64,000 nt of DNA from Fimicolochytrium jonesii (GCF_025526975.1 NW_026515691.1:186001-250000), one strand, 5' to 3'; counted from the stretch's first letter, positions 25,988 through 38,657 are shown. Numbers and translations: made by a program. Notes: generated from the letters alone by a model not told the origin.

Positions 25988-26883
25988 ATATGTGCTGCTG
26001 CTGTCGTCGCTTGTGTGGGAGGGTGTTGTTGGGCATGTGAAGGCTTTGTCGGTGACTTGCTTTTACGGAGACATTCCAGCGAAATGTTCCCTCAGGAGGT
26101 TCGCAGCCAAGTTGCAATGCGGGAATTCGCTATTCGCGTAATCCTTCCGACCGACGCGTTTCCGCCAGGAACTTTCTCAAATGGGCGCTCGCCGTGTGTG
26201 CATGCCAGAAAGTGGGGAATACATGCATACATGTGGCACGCTTGATGAAATCGATGGAGATTTTTCCCAACGAACTCCGGCTGACAAATAATTTGGGCGC
26301 ACCGTTATGAGGAACGCGGACATGTCTCCATTCGGATTACGGCTCTGTCACAAGAGGACCATTACCAATGAATGATATTCCGGAAACAGGGATAACCGCT
26401 CACATATCAGATCATCAGTTGCTGCTTCCCAAAGCCCAAAAGGTGTATGTATGGTTTGGGGATGTGGGTAAATACAAGGGCGACAAATGTCCATCGAAAG
26501 CGGTCGCTGTGCGGTCAATTGAGCAGGATTCCATCAACGCCGGCTCTAAGCTGGATAGTCCATCGAGTGCGAGGTTGACCGAGAAAGGTCTCCTGACTGA
26601 CTGTAGCCTATGTCTTCCACCTGAAGAGGTCACCCTGCTAAGTAAAGCCATGCAACTAGCAGTCTTTTGCGGCCTCCGGTACGTACATGAGCATGATGCA
26701 TTTCTGCAGCTTCATTAATCAAACGACCGTTGGCCCGAAGACCGGAAGACCGACGCGGGTAGCGTTGATGAACGCTGTAAGGGTATAATCGCGGAGCGCG
26801 ATATCCGCGCTAGTCGTTTCCAGCCGAGTGGGAATCGAGCCAGTCCAGCTCACGTCGCCAAGGCGGGGCAACCGTTTGGGCAA

Positions 26884-28577
26884 TCAGGTGTTCATCTCGG
26901 AAACATCAGCGAACCGCGCTCGCTTCTCACGCCGATGGTCGGCAGCTGGGTCCGTCCTTGGCGAAATCGTGCCCACCGACTCTTCAGGTTTCCTCTTGCA
27001 TCCGAGTATTGACGTCGGAGATGAAGCGTATCCCTCTGACATTATACTAGGCGACATCTCGTCACGGCCAGATAGGTCTCCTGCTTCCCCTCTGACTGTT
27101 GGGTCGCCTCTTTCCATCATGACCCACGCGTCCCCTTCCCCCAGTTTGGCCGAGGCCTCTACGGATGATGATTTGTCCTCCTCTTTCTGTATGAATGATT
27201 GTGTCAGTAACGCCTCCCTCCAAGTCAGACCTGGTCCTGGACCCTTACCTTCACAGGACTGTTACTTCCAAGACCGTGCCGCTGACGACAAGGATGACGC
27301 ACATAGTACTCGTTCATTTCGTTAACTGCAGCTGTGAGGGAATGCATAAGCTGAGTCTGCGCCAAGTACGTTGTGTTCCACCATTTATCCTTCTCGACTT
27401 ACCTTTGAACGTCCGATACCGCTCCTCGTCTTCCACATCGGTAACTTTGCGAAAGGATCGTCCGTCCACGCCTACAGGCACTTTCGCACCGATCATTTTT
27501 GCCCCGAAGAAGATGGCGGCTGCGGCCAGAAAGCGGGCGGGAAACATCAAACAAATCGTAGAAAAGTAACTGAGGGACACCAAAGAGAGAGGGTCAGTAG
27601 ATGCATCCACGATTCGAACGCATGTCAGATCGGTGTACGTACCAATCACTGAAGACCCCGGTTGCAGCATCAACCACCGGTCCGGAAACTACAAACGCAG
27701 ATGTCTGATGTGAGCAATAGCCGCGCTAACTTCTTAGAATGCCGATTCATACCTTTCAAATTGTCATAAATCTCGATGAACGTTTCATGAGGGGTCTTTG
27801 GCAGCGCATCGAAATTCAAGGTTCTGAAAGCCTCAATTTCATAAAAGAGCAACCTTCTTCGGTACTCCTCGAAGAGTGGGCTGTTGAAATCTACCTTCAT
27901 TGACGGGTCCTAGCATATCAATTTCCTCAGCATTTCCCGCGATGTAGGGTTGGTAAGAGGGCGGCTCACCTTGTTGAGCACTTTTATGAAAGCCTCCACC
28001 ATGTGGGCGCTTTTGATGGGCCGGTCATCCAGCTTGGCGGATATCCAGAGACAAGTAGCTGCCACCAGCTGATGGAGGATGATCAGCTAACCCAGAAATC
28101 CACACGGCGTAGAGCATCAGATCGCACATACCTTGTACTCGCTGTACTCTATGAAGGACTTTCGCATATAGAAGCGATGAAAATAGAGACATGACACATG
28201 AGATAGCCTCGGACTCCTGCAAAGAGCGCTTTGGATCAGCCCTTCTGCGTTAAAACTCATACGTACCCGAAAGCGGTCACCGTTCTTCCTCACCTTGTCA
28301 GGTTGTCTGCCAACTTCAGAACCATCCGGGTGCCCTTTTCGCGTAATATCAGTTCCGCCTCCGCAGAAACCCCTTGCTGTCGCGAAGGCGTGTGTTCTAG
28401 CTGTTCCTCTGTGCAATACCAATTTTTTGCTGGTTCTTTGTCGAGAGCGGTGATGAGCAATCTTGGGCGGACACTGCGATTGCGGGGTGACCGGCCAGGT
28501 TGTCGGGAATGGTGACCTCCGCGACGGGGGCGGGAGGGTGTACCCCGCCTGCGTTGCGAATATGGTGGCCGTGGCAT
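26884..28577 (-). CDS. Transcriptional cyclin (cyclin T/K/L family)
   Basis: Motifs WYCTEEQLEHTPSRQQGVSAEAE, CLYFHRFYMRKSF, VAATCLWISAKLDD and LLFYEIEAFRTLNFD...PH. Multiple introns. Confidence 0.85.
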
Positions 28578-29041
28578 TTTGAGGGTTCAAAAGTGCTAAA
28601 GTTGTGGTTACGGCAAGTCACTAGGAGTGATATCCATGGTGGCAGGCCTGTCGATCTTCTCCAGCAATGTTCCTTCAAAGGAACGCGGTAAATAGGGGTC
28701 GCACGGCAGATATCGGATAAGTTTGCCTGGTGTGCTCCTTTGCCATAGACCATACACTTTGAGGCCGAGTAATGGGGACTGGCAGCAATACTATGCGAGC
28801 TGTGCTGGTGATGGCTGCACAAGGTGCTCTGTATAATGGATATGGTTTTGTAAGGCCACCATTCCGAAGCGAAACGGACTGTTGACTTGTGCGGTGTCCT
28901 CTGAGGCTCTGATGTCTTCAATTGTCTTGGCCCCGCGTCGCAGTCATCAAATCACGCCCGCTCAGGCTGTTTCCCAAACGGTGCCCGTGACGGCATGTAT
29001 TAGAAAGTGGTCCTTGTAGCCGACAAGCCCTCGTCTCAGGC

Positions 29042-29061
29042 GCTGCTGCTGCTGCTGCTGC
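29042..29061. repeat. (GCT)6 microsatellite in the cyclin / Nudix-CCCH-W2 intergenic region
   Basis: gctgctgctgctgctgctgc read directly. Confidence 0.8.
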
Positions 29062-29330
29062 CCCACCAACTATCTGTCTACTGCTTCTTCACTGCACATA
29101 TATTGAGAGAGTGATCAAGTTGGTTCTCCGTCAGCGAAATAGTGTCCACTCCCTCGGTGTAGCGTCGCAAGCGTTTTTTCCCACTACGATTTACTTTCCC
29201 ACGGAGAGATCGCCTTTTTGATACATTCACCTCATACTGTCCCAAGAACTCTCTCGAAACACCGTATAGCTCCCCTTCTGTAGCACTCTAAGACCTCTGT
29301 CACCGCTCACAGGATCAGAAGACCTCACTC

Positions 29331-31811
29331 ATGTCCAGGGAGAGTGCCGCCGCCGGAATCCTGCTTTATCGCCTCCGTCCTCACCAAGCAGTGGACTTTT
29401 TGCTCGTCAACGACTTTCTATCGCATAAACGACACTGGACGCCTCCGAAGGGCAAACTTATCGGCAAGGAGGATGAATTGAAGTAGGTGGACTCATGGGA
29501 CCCTGAACTTGGTCCCAGAAGGGGCGTGGGAAAACGGAGTTTCTGACTTGCTCTTATCTTTTTCAGGTGCGCGTTGCGAGTTCTGCCGGACGTCGTAGGC
29601 ATCAATGTGAGGGACATACACATCGAGGAAGGCTTTCGAGCGGAAATCAAGGTAATGCTACATGGACACCTCTCACCTTTCGCTCGATCGACGAATCGGC
29701 TTGTTGAACGGCCTTTATCATTTTAGTACCTGTCTGGGACGAACGTTAAGAGATGTGTCTTCTTCCTGGCGCGTGTTCCGCCCGCCCTTCGTATTTTGCC
29801 CGGCGGGGTCGGGGAAATGAATACTGCGTGGTGCAATCTGAAGCAGGTGAGAACATTAATATCACCCATCCGTTATTGGACGTGCTGCTGGAGTCAAGTC
29901 AAAACTCTCAGGCTTCAGACCGAATGCAATACAAAAACATGCAAGATGTTCTTTCGCAAGCGGTAGCTTTCGTTGAGCAATTGCAAGCACGACAAACAGT
30001 CGCAACAGGTGCATCGTCCGTAGGAGGAGGTGGAGCAGCGAATGAAGACGATGGATCTGCTTCCGCGCAGAGACAAAACAGGCGGCGGCTGGGAGGGCCA
30101 GGGCGAGATGGGGAGAAGAATGGGAGGAACAGCTCGGACGATGAACAGCGTCGAGGCGGTCCGAACAGACGAGGAGGTCATGAGAAGGCCGGTGGCATGG
30201 TATTTGGACCGAATACCAACAGATCGTGGCGTGAACCACAGCCGAAAGAGGGAATCAGGATCCTGCAACACGACCCAGCCGAGCTTCACAACGGTCAGCC
30301 GCCTCGGGATCGCGAGTGGAATGACGATTTCAGGCCTCGCCCGAACAACCGTAATGGACACGATCAGAATCACACTTCGGCATCGCAAAACCCCCTTTTC
30401 AAGACTCGATTGTGCGAAAGGTTCGAGGTAGAAGGGACCTGCCCGTACGGAAGCCGGTGCACCTTCGCTCATGGCCAAGCGGATTTGCGAGAGAGGCCTA
30501 CAGGCGCGGGCGAAGTCAACGATAAGCCTGAGGGTCTTACGCTCTTCAAAACGAGGATGTGCGAAAGATTATTGAAGGAAGGCTTCTGTCAGTATGGACC
30601 GCGGTGCAATTTCGCCCACTCTGAAAGTGAACTCCGGCAGAGGCCGAATCCCCACAGCCGTGACCATGATCATGAAGATCGTCCTGCTCAACAGCAGGAG
30701 CAGCGGCAACAGCCGCCGCCGCAGCGTCATATTCCCCGAAGCGCGCCTATGCCACCACTTATACCACAGCCTCCTCCACCATCGATAAAGATTCTGGCGA
30801 GGCCAAAGCTAGACGCGGACTGGCGGTCAGGAACTCCGCCACAGAGGAAGGACACCCCTGTCATCGCTGGAGAGACCACGTCAGGACCGCAAGCAGCTAT
30901 TCGGAACCACGAAGCGTTGCCTATCACCGCTCCAGCAACACCACCACCTCCTGCTGCACCCGTCGCAGCAGGTCCAGCCGCGATCACCACCAACAAGACG
31001 CGCAGCAAGCCAGATTCAGGCGCCGCGATAAGGGACCTGTTGAAGGGAGGAGACAACGACAAGGAGAAACCGTGGATGCGCGTGCTCGACCTCTCCGAGC
31101 TGGAACGGGAGAACCTCCAAAACAGCCGGCACCCCACCCCTCCACCGCACCCCGCCAACCCCGGGGGCTCCAGCACACCCACCCCCACCACAACCCACAT
31201 CGAACAACAACGCGCCCATCTCGAAAAATCCCTCACCGCCTCCCTCTCCACCCTCCTCCTCGGCAACAACCTCACCCAGCAGGAAGAGATCAAGGAACTC
31301 ACGCGGATAGAGTTTAAGCACGACCTGCGCAAGAAACAGGTGTTTGCGATCCTGATTGGCGCGCTGATGGCGGATGGCGCGTATGAGAGTGCGAGGGTGA
31401 AGAGGCGCACGGAGCTGTTTAGGAAGTTTATGACGCATAGGGATGATCAGAAGGATTTGATGAGGGCGGTTGAGAGAATTGCGTTGAGGAGCTCCGTGGG
31501 TGCTACTGGAACTACGGGTGCGGGTACGAGCGTCAATGGACATGGGAAGGCTGTAATGAGCAAGATTCTGGTGCTTTTGAAGGATCTTTATGGTAAGTTC
31601 TCGATAAGACGACACTTGATTGGGGTATCCTGCAACGTTGGCAACGGTCACTAACGTGATTCTATACTCGTTTACAGATGCCGACCTCGTAGAAGAAGAC
31701 ATCATCCTCGCCTGGCATAGCTCCCTGTCTCCTGAAGCCGCGGACCTCAAACGACGCGTAGAACCATTCGTGTCCTGGCTGCAGACAGCTGAGGAGGAGG
31801 ATGAAGAGTGA
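29331..31811 (+). CDS. Fusion protein: Ap4A-hydrolase-like Nudix domain (degenerate box), tandem CCCH zinc fingers and a C-terminal W2 (eIF5C-type) domain
   Basis: Exons join in frame: AAGILLYR...FLLV...HWTPPKGKLIGKEDELK|CALRVLPDVVGI...IK|YLSGTNVKRCVFFLA. Two C-x8-C-x5-C-x3-H fingers have FKTRL and FKTRM lead-ins. The protein ends DLY|DADLVEEDIILAW...PFVSWLQTAEEEDEE*. Confidence 0.85.
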
Positions 31812-32258
31812 ACGGCGAGCCTAGGAGGAAATTCCGAACCCTTTGGGGCGTGGAAAGCTTGCTTGCATCGCTAGATGTAGGCGTGATGTTTGAATCTCAT
31901 TTTGTGAAGGTGAAGGGTTCAACGTGTCCTTCTTTGCCACGCACAACATGTACATATAAACTGGAACAATTTGCAAATATGTGCGCTCTGTGGAAGTAAC
32001 CTCGTTTGGAACCGATCTAGTTGAAGCCGTGCTTCTTTTCTTCACAGTTCCAATTCACAATCCTTCTCTTCACTCCTCCCGTCCGGATCTTCTACCATTG
32101 ATGTGGCTCTCGTGCGTGTAGATACACATTCTTTTCATGGTACGGACTCCGCCTTCCTAACTATGTATACAAAATACGCCTGGATCGCTCCAGATATGCA
32201 TCATGCATCCGTGCCCAATCCCTCCAATCCACCCATTTACGCCGTTCAATCCCCGAAA

Positions 32259-33218
32259 TCAATGCCGTCCAACCCTTCTACTCAAAATCTCCGCCGTCTG
32301 AATCCGCACCGCTTTCCGCCTATCCCACTGCATCATCTCCATCACCGTCTCATGGCCCAACTTGTACACTGAATGGAAAAAAGACTCTCCCAGTCAGCCC
32401 AATGTCGTCCCTCAACCACGTCTCAACCATGAAGAGTTTTCGCTTCCTTACATTCCCGCTCCGTCTCATCCAACGAATGAATAAACTCCGACCGATCGGT
32501 TCGTAATCTTGACGTCTGTGTGTAGTCCATGATGCAAGGGAGGCGGGCTTTGAAGGCTTGCGAGAGGACTTCGGGGAGGGCTGCGTCGACGATCCTGATG
32601 GGAGATGGAGGAGGGGGTGAACATAGCGGTCGTGATATGAACAGTTGAGCGGTTTTCCGACATACAAGTTGATGATGTTGACTCCGAAGCGGTAGTAATA
32701 GGGACACAGCCTGTTGAGGTTGACGGAGGTTGGGGATGCGCTGATGTCGTCGCGGACGCGTTGATTGAAGCATTTGGGGAGTTCGAGGTCTACGTGGTCA
32801 CTGTATGGGAAAAGGGGAGGGTGTTGAGCGACATTCTCGAGAGTGGAAGTAACATGCCGAGGGCGGAGGGCGTACTTTACGGCAAGATGCTCTGCTAGCC
32901 AGTATGGGAGCTCTACTTTTGCGTTTGCTGATAACTGCTCAGTCGGGAAATGGGCATACCATTCAGCATACGGAAGGAAGAAGGTACTTCTCCCCCTCTC
33001 GACAGCTGCTTCCATCGAACACTTACGTCCGTCTCGTGGTTGCCCTCCAGAAAGCCATACCCTGGCACGTCGTTGTGGAAGAAGCACGGTAATTTCTGTG
33101 TGAAGAGTGGGAATTTGGAGGGTCGTTTGGTGGGTAAGACGTTGAACATTAGGAGAGCAGGACATACCTGGTGGTCCGCTATGATAGCGTCGAGGTCCCA
33201 GTAGTCGTTTCCGGGCAT
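32259..33218 (-). CDS. PSF3: GINS complex subunit Psf3
   Basis: MPGNDYWDLDAIIADHQ|KLPCFFHNDVPGYGFL, KVELPYWLAEHL, DDISASPTSVNLNRLCPYYYRFG and FIHSLDETERE. Confidence 0.92.
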
Positions 33219-33339
33219 GGTGTGGTAGGATGGGATGGTGGTTCCGTGAGGAAAGCGATACGAATTGCAGCAGACCTTTCCGTCCAGAATTCACGTCCGA
33301 AAGTCGTTCGCGTTGGAATTGGGAACTGGGAAGGGGAGC

Positions 33340-33345
33340 ACGCGT
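33340..33345. promoter_or_regulatory. MCB-like ACGCGT element upstream of PSF3, with TTCGCG at 33307
   Basis: The hexamer lies ~120 bp upstream of a DNA replication gene. It is short enough to occur by chance. Confidence 0.3.
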
Positions 33346-33786
33346 CACATCGCTCAGTTTCAAGATCAAGCAAGCACAGCACGCACGCAAGAGACAAGGA
33401 ACGCTGTCAAAACTGCAAGCCTCGCCGCTCTTCCTTCCTCTTCCTCAGGAACTGAGCTCCGACTTGACCCCGGTGGCCTCTCGTCTACTAGTGTACATGT
33501 ACTTATTCTCTCTCTCGGGCACCTACCTCAGGGAATAGGATACCACACTTTCCCATTGGTCAAACCGGAGAACGGTATCAAAGCCCGTCACCTACTGCTC
33601 ACTTCGTTTCGCCCCATGGGTCTGCGCCGTGGTGGCTCCACTTTGTCGAACTTCGACTCTCCACGCAGGTCGGCAGCTAGTAAAACTCGGACTTCCAGAT
33701 AGTGGTCCCGCTTGCCTACCGACGGCCAACACTCACATATCACACCCCACCATTCGACAGCTCAGACTACCACCACCATCACCGCC

Positions 33787-36700
33787 ATGACGGTCCAACC
33801 TCCCCTACCCATCACAGAAGCCGGCGCCTCTGCCCCCCTTGCGCCGCGCGCATATCAGCAGGAGCTGTTTAGGAAGGCAGTTGCCGGGAATGTTATCGCC
33901 GTGTTGGACACGGGGGCCGGAAAGACATTGATAGCTGTGATGCTCCTAAAGCATATGACGAGTCTGAAACAACAACGAGCGGCAAAGCGGCCAAGTATCT
34001 TCCTGGTCCCACTTGTGCCGCTAGTTCTGCAACAGGAGGCATATATCAGATTCAACTGTCAGCTGAATGTGAAGCACTACTATGGGTCCATGGGTGTCGA
34101 CGACGTAAGTCTCGTGGAAGACGAACTTTACTCAACCTCAGAAGAGGCCTAACTGAGGTCGGTGTATGCTCTCAATAGTGGAATTATAAACGGTGGCAAA
34201 CAGAGATCTCGGAAGCCGACGTTATGGTCATGACAGCTGATATCTTTAGGCTGATTTTGAATCGAGGTCACATCTCCATGGAAAGGGTAACATTCTGTCT
34301 TTTGGACTTTGGAAGGCGCTTCACAGTGCGGGCCCTTGACAGGCGCATACACTCTCACGTTCAGGTCACCCTCATTATATTCGACGAAGCGCACCACGCG
34401 AGGAAGAACCACAGCTACAATCAAATCATGTCCCATCATTACCAGCGCTGCCCCGTGGAGTTGCGGCCCAAAATCTTCGGCATGACAGCGTCCCCTACGT
34501 TTGCCAAACAAGACTCGAAAGACGCCATAGATCAACTTGAAACCAATCTCGACTGCAAAGCATACACAGTCCACACCGATAGTATGGCCGGTCACGTCAG
34601 CAGGCCTGACGAGGAAATCGTCTACTACAGGGGGGTATCTGATGCGTTTCTCCCGGCGATCTACTATCTCATACGTGCTGCGGCAGGTCCTGCATACCAC
34701 ATGCTGGAAAAGGCGATGGACAACGCGTTGGAGTTTTGCGAACAGCTCGGGTCATGGTGTGCTGCCCGGGCCTTGGAGAAGGCGATTGCCGACGCGCATG
34801 ACAAGCTGCATCTGCTCGCGTTTATGCGCAAAACGAACGCGCATCTGAGGGTTGGCGTGGACGAGGCTGTCGAACGGAAGGTGATGGAGAAGGTTCAAAG
34901 GCTCAAAACGTATATCGAACTGGCTCCGAATTGGGGAGGGACAGGCTCTGCACCGCATATCGAAGAGGTGTCCCCGAAGGTCCACACCTTGATCAAGATC
35001 CTGTTGGGCTACAAAGACGAAGCCGCCACATTCTGCGGGATCGTCTTTGTGCAGAAGCGATCCACAGCCACTGCTCTCCAAGCATTGATCGAAAAGTGGC
35101 CTGGCCTGGGCTTTCTCAAAAGCTCAATCCTGGTCGGGCACGGCCGCGGAAAATCAAGCACCGTCCTCGACGTCAACATGCAAATCAAGGAACAGAAACG
35201 CATCGTCGGCCAGTTTCGTACGGGTGAGCTCAACCTCCTCATCGCAACTCGTGTGGCCGAAGAAGGCCTGGATATCCGGGAATGCATGCTGGTCATCCGC
35301 TTCGATGCGAACGGGACGCTGACGAACTTTATCCAGTCGCGTGGGCGCGCTCGGCATATCAAATCACGGTTCGTCACCCTTTCTAATATCGAGAACCCGT
35401 CGGAGGCTATTGATATCGCTGCGTTGAAGAGGGAGGAGGAGCGTATGCGGAACGTTCTGTTCGACCGTGCGGTTGATAACGACATGGAGGATGACAGTCC
35501 GTATGATCACAACCTGCAGCTGTCGGAGGATGAGATATATCACATTGAAAGCACGGGCGCGACAGTGACGATATTCGGCGCCATCGGCGGATTGGAGCAT
35601 TACTGCTCGTTGTTACCCAAGGACGCGTTTGCCCTCAGCCGGCCAATCTTCGAAGAGGAGCCGGTCTCTTTTGCGGAAGGCGCGTACATTGGCCCTGGGT
35701 ACCTGGGAAACGTCACACTACCCATGGCCGCCCCGAAATCCACTCGCTTCATCCGCGGGAAGGTCGTAACTAGTAAACGGGCGGCGAAACGCTGGGCGGC
35801 GTTTGAAGCCATCAAAGTCCTCCACCGGGCCGGGGAGCTCGATGACCGGCTCAAACCGTTCAAAATCCAGCCTGTTCTTGACGATGCTGAGATGGATCTT
35901 CTGGAGAGTCAGAAGGGGAGGATGAAGAAGGTCAAGAAGAAGCAGCGGAAGATTATGGAGTTCCGGATGCGGACACCGAGCTTGCTGCAGGGACAGTGGG
36001 ATTCGTCCGTGGGCGCGTGGCTTACAAAGATTACATTGGACAGCGATACTCCGGGGGTGCCTACAGAGCCGTTGCAGTTCGGGTTGCTGAGTGTTGGGGA
36101 CCGGCCGCTGCCATCGGAATCGTTCGACTTTATACTTGCGGAGCAGAATGTGACGATGACCACTACAACGTATGCGACGAGGGTCATCATGACCGATGAG
36201 AAGCTGAGACAGACGAAGAAGTTCCACTCTGTGTTCTTCAGAGGGATTCTAAGGAGTGATGTACCCGACGACGGCGACTGGGCTACTATCGTCGTTCCAA
36301 CCACAGCGCCCAAGAGCACTGACATTCTGCATGAATTGAACACGGACCCGAACGCTGCAATCGACTGGGAAGCCATCCAAATCGCGTGTCAGGGGCATCA
36401 ACCCGTCCTCGACGACCCGAACTTTCTCAAACGGGACGATATTGCGAACTTTGCTGTCTTTGATCGTGTCTTTTACAAACGCGTGTACTTAATCACCCGC
36501 GTCGTTCCAGAGACCACACCCTTCTCAGACTTGCCTACAGGCAACGCCCCGCACGTCGCAGGTTTCTACCAGACCCGTCTTCAATGCCGCGAGAAGATCC
36601 TGGAGGACCAACTCATCATCGAAGCCCGATCGCTACCGTACATCACCCAAAGCGCCAGCACTCAGGAGAGCTTGGCGGCAAAGTTCCTCATCCCGCAGTT

Positions 36701-38657
36701 CTGTACCATCTTCCCCATCCCGGCGCGACTCCTCCAGGGCAATGCGCTGCATCTCCCTCTGATCGTGCAGTACTTGCATCACCGGCTCGTGGCGCGAGAT
36801 CTGAAGTACCTCGCGGTCGAGCGCGCGGAAGAGGGGCAGATCGTCGACGACGAGAGTTATAGGGAACTCAGCGGTACCGTGTCGGATCTGCAGACGGCGC
36901 TAACTGCCCCGGTCGCAAACCCGGTGTTCAACTACGAGCGGCTGGAGACGCTCGGCGACAGTTTCCTGAAGGTGCATCAGAGCATACATCTGTTTGTTAT
37001 GTACCCGGAGTGGCATGAAGGGCATTTATCGCAGAAGCGGAATAACATGGAGAAGAACTCGGCGTTGAGGGAACGGGCTGGGGAGGTTGAGCTCGAGACG
37101 TATGTTCTTGGGACCGCACTGTCGAGGAAGGAATGGACGCCGCCTTTGCAACGGGGCGAGGGCGGGGCCACGCAACGGTTGAGTGATAAGACGGTCGCGG
37201 ATGTTGTGGAGGCCATCATTGGCGCTTGTGTGCTAAGAGGCGGAGAGCTCGGGGGCGCCAAGGCCGTCAAGAAGCTGCTTGGAGGCGATTACGAGATCGA
37301 TTGGGCGCGGTACTGTGCTATATACAAAGAGAGGCGGAAGAGCGGCGAGTTTAGGACGCCCGGGGTGGATGTTGCCGAACGGGAATTGGGGTATAAATTC
37401 AAGGACCCGTCGTTGTGCATGGAGGCGCTCACGCATGCCTCGGCGGCCCAACTTGCTCTGCAGACCGATTGTTATCAACGTCTCGAGTTCCTGGGTGACT
37501 CGGTGCTGGGGTTCGTCGTGACGCGATACCTGTACATATTGGAACCCCCACTCGACCCGGGCCAGATCTCGCATCTGCGGTCCGAGCTGGTCAACAACCA
37601 GTTCCTGGCTGTTGTCTCGTGGAACATGTCGTTGCCGAAGGTGATGGAGCATATGCATCCGCCGCTCTTCACTGCGCTGGCTGCCTTTGGCGCTGCCTTG
37701 GAGAAAGCTGCGGAGGCGGAGGAAACTTCTCTGGCGGCGCAGATTGGTCGGCTTAGCGTGGACACTGACGTCCATGCAAAAGCGTCCTTATCACAACCCA
37801 TCCCCAGGGCCGACGACACACCCTTAGACCCGGACGCATCCTTCACATCCACCAGAACAACCTCAACCACAACCACCCACACCTCCACCTCCTCCACCTC
37901 CTCGCAACTCTTCTGGAACGCGCTAGACTCGGCGCCCAAAGCCGCCGGCGACGTCTACGAGTCCATGATCGGCGCCGTGTTCATCGACTCGGGATTCTTG
38001 CTCGATACCGTCGCGCGTGTTGTGCATGATACGCTCATCAAGCCGTATTGGGCAAGGTTTGAGAGGGCGGGGATTCGGAGGCGGTACGCTGATGATGAAG
38101 ATGAGAAGATGGATATGGATGTGGATATGGCGACAACGCGGGCGGAGGATAGTAGTTTCGAGTCATCGAGCAATGCCGCGAGTCCGACGAGGAGGCCGAG
38201 AGAGGATGTGGGTGGGGATGCTGGGGTGGAATCGCCGACGAAGAAGACGAAGGCGCAGGTGGGAAGCGGGGGAGCGGAGACAAAGACACGTGCGCGGCTG
38301 AGGGCGTGGGAGAAAGTCGTGCACCCGGCGGAGCAGATGAGTGTTTGGCGTCAGATGATGAAATGTCAGAAGCTCGTCGACACGTACGTCTTGCTTGCTC
38401 TTTCTCGTAACAGTGTCTTCGCCCGAGTTACATCGGTATTGGTGCCTCTTCTTTTCGTTCCGTTACCACCCAGATACGAAATCGCGCCCATCACAAACAT
38501 GGCCACCTGTACCATTACCTTCCACGGCATACCCGTCGCCGTCGAGAACGGCGTCAACAAAAAGGCGGCCAAACGTGTCGCGGCGGGCAAGGCTATGCTG
38601 AGGCTGCCGGACATGGAGGCTCAATGCGATTGCGATGCTGGGGAAGCTATGCGGTAG
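33787..38657 (+). CDS. Dicer-like protein (Dcl1-type: DExH helicase, DUF283, PAZ-like, two RNase III domains, dsRBD)
   Basis: Helicase motifs PRAYQQELF, LDTGAGKT, IFDEAHHA, GMTASP, ATRVAEEGLDI and FIQSRGRAR. RNase IIIa is ERLETLGDSFLK...ADVVEAIIGA. RNase IIIb is QRLEFLGDSVL...GDVYESMIGAVFIDSG. The C-terminus has HP...C...CDC. Confidence 0.95.

Noticed and set aside
26368..26718. 116-aa plus-strand ORF between the HPP and cyclin genes
   Set aside because: It has no recognisable motif or splice structure and could be a chance ORF.
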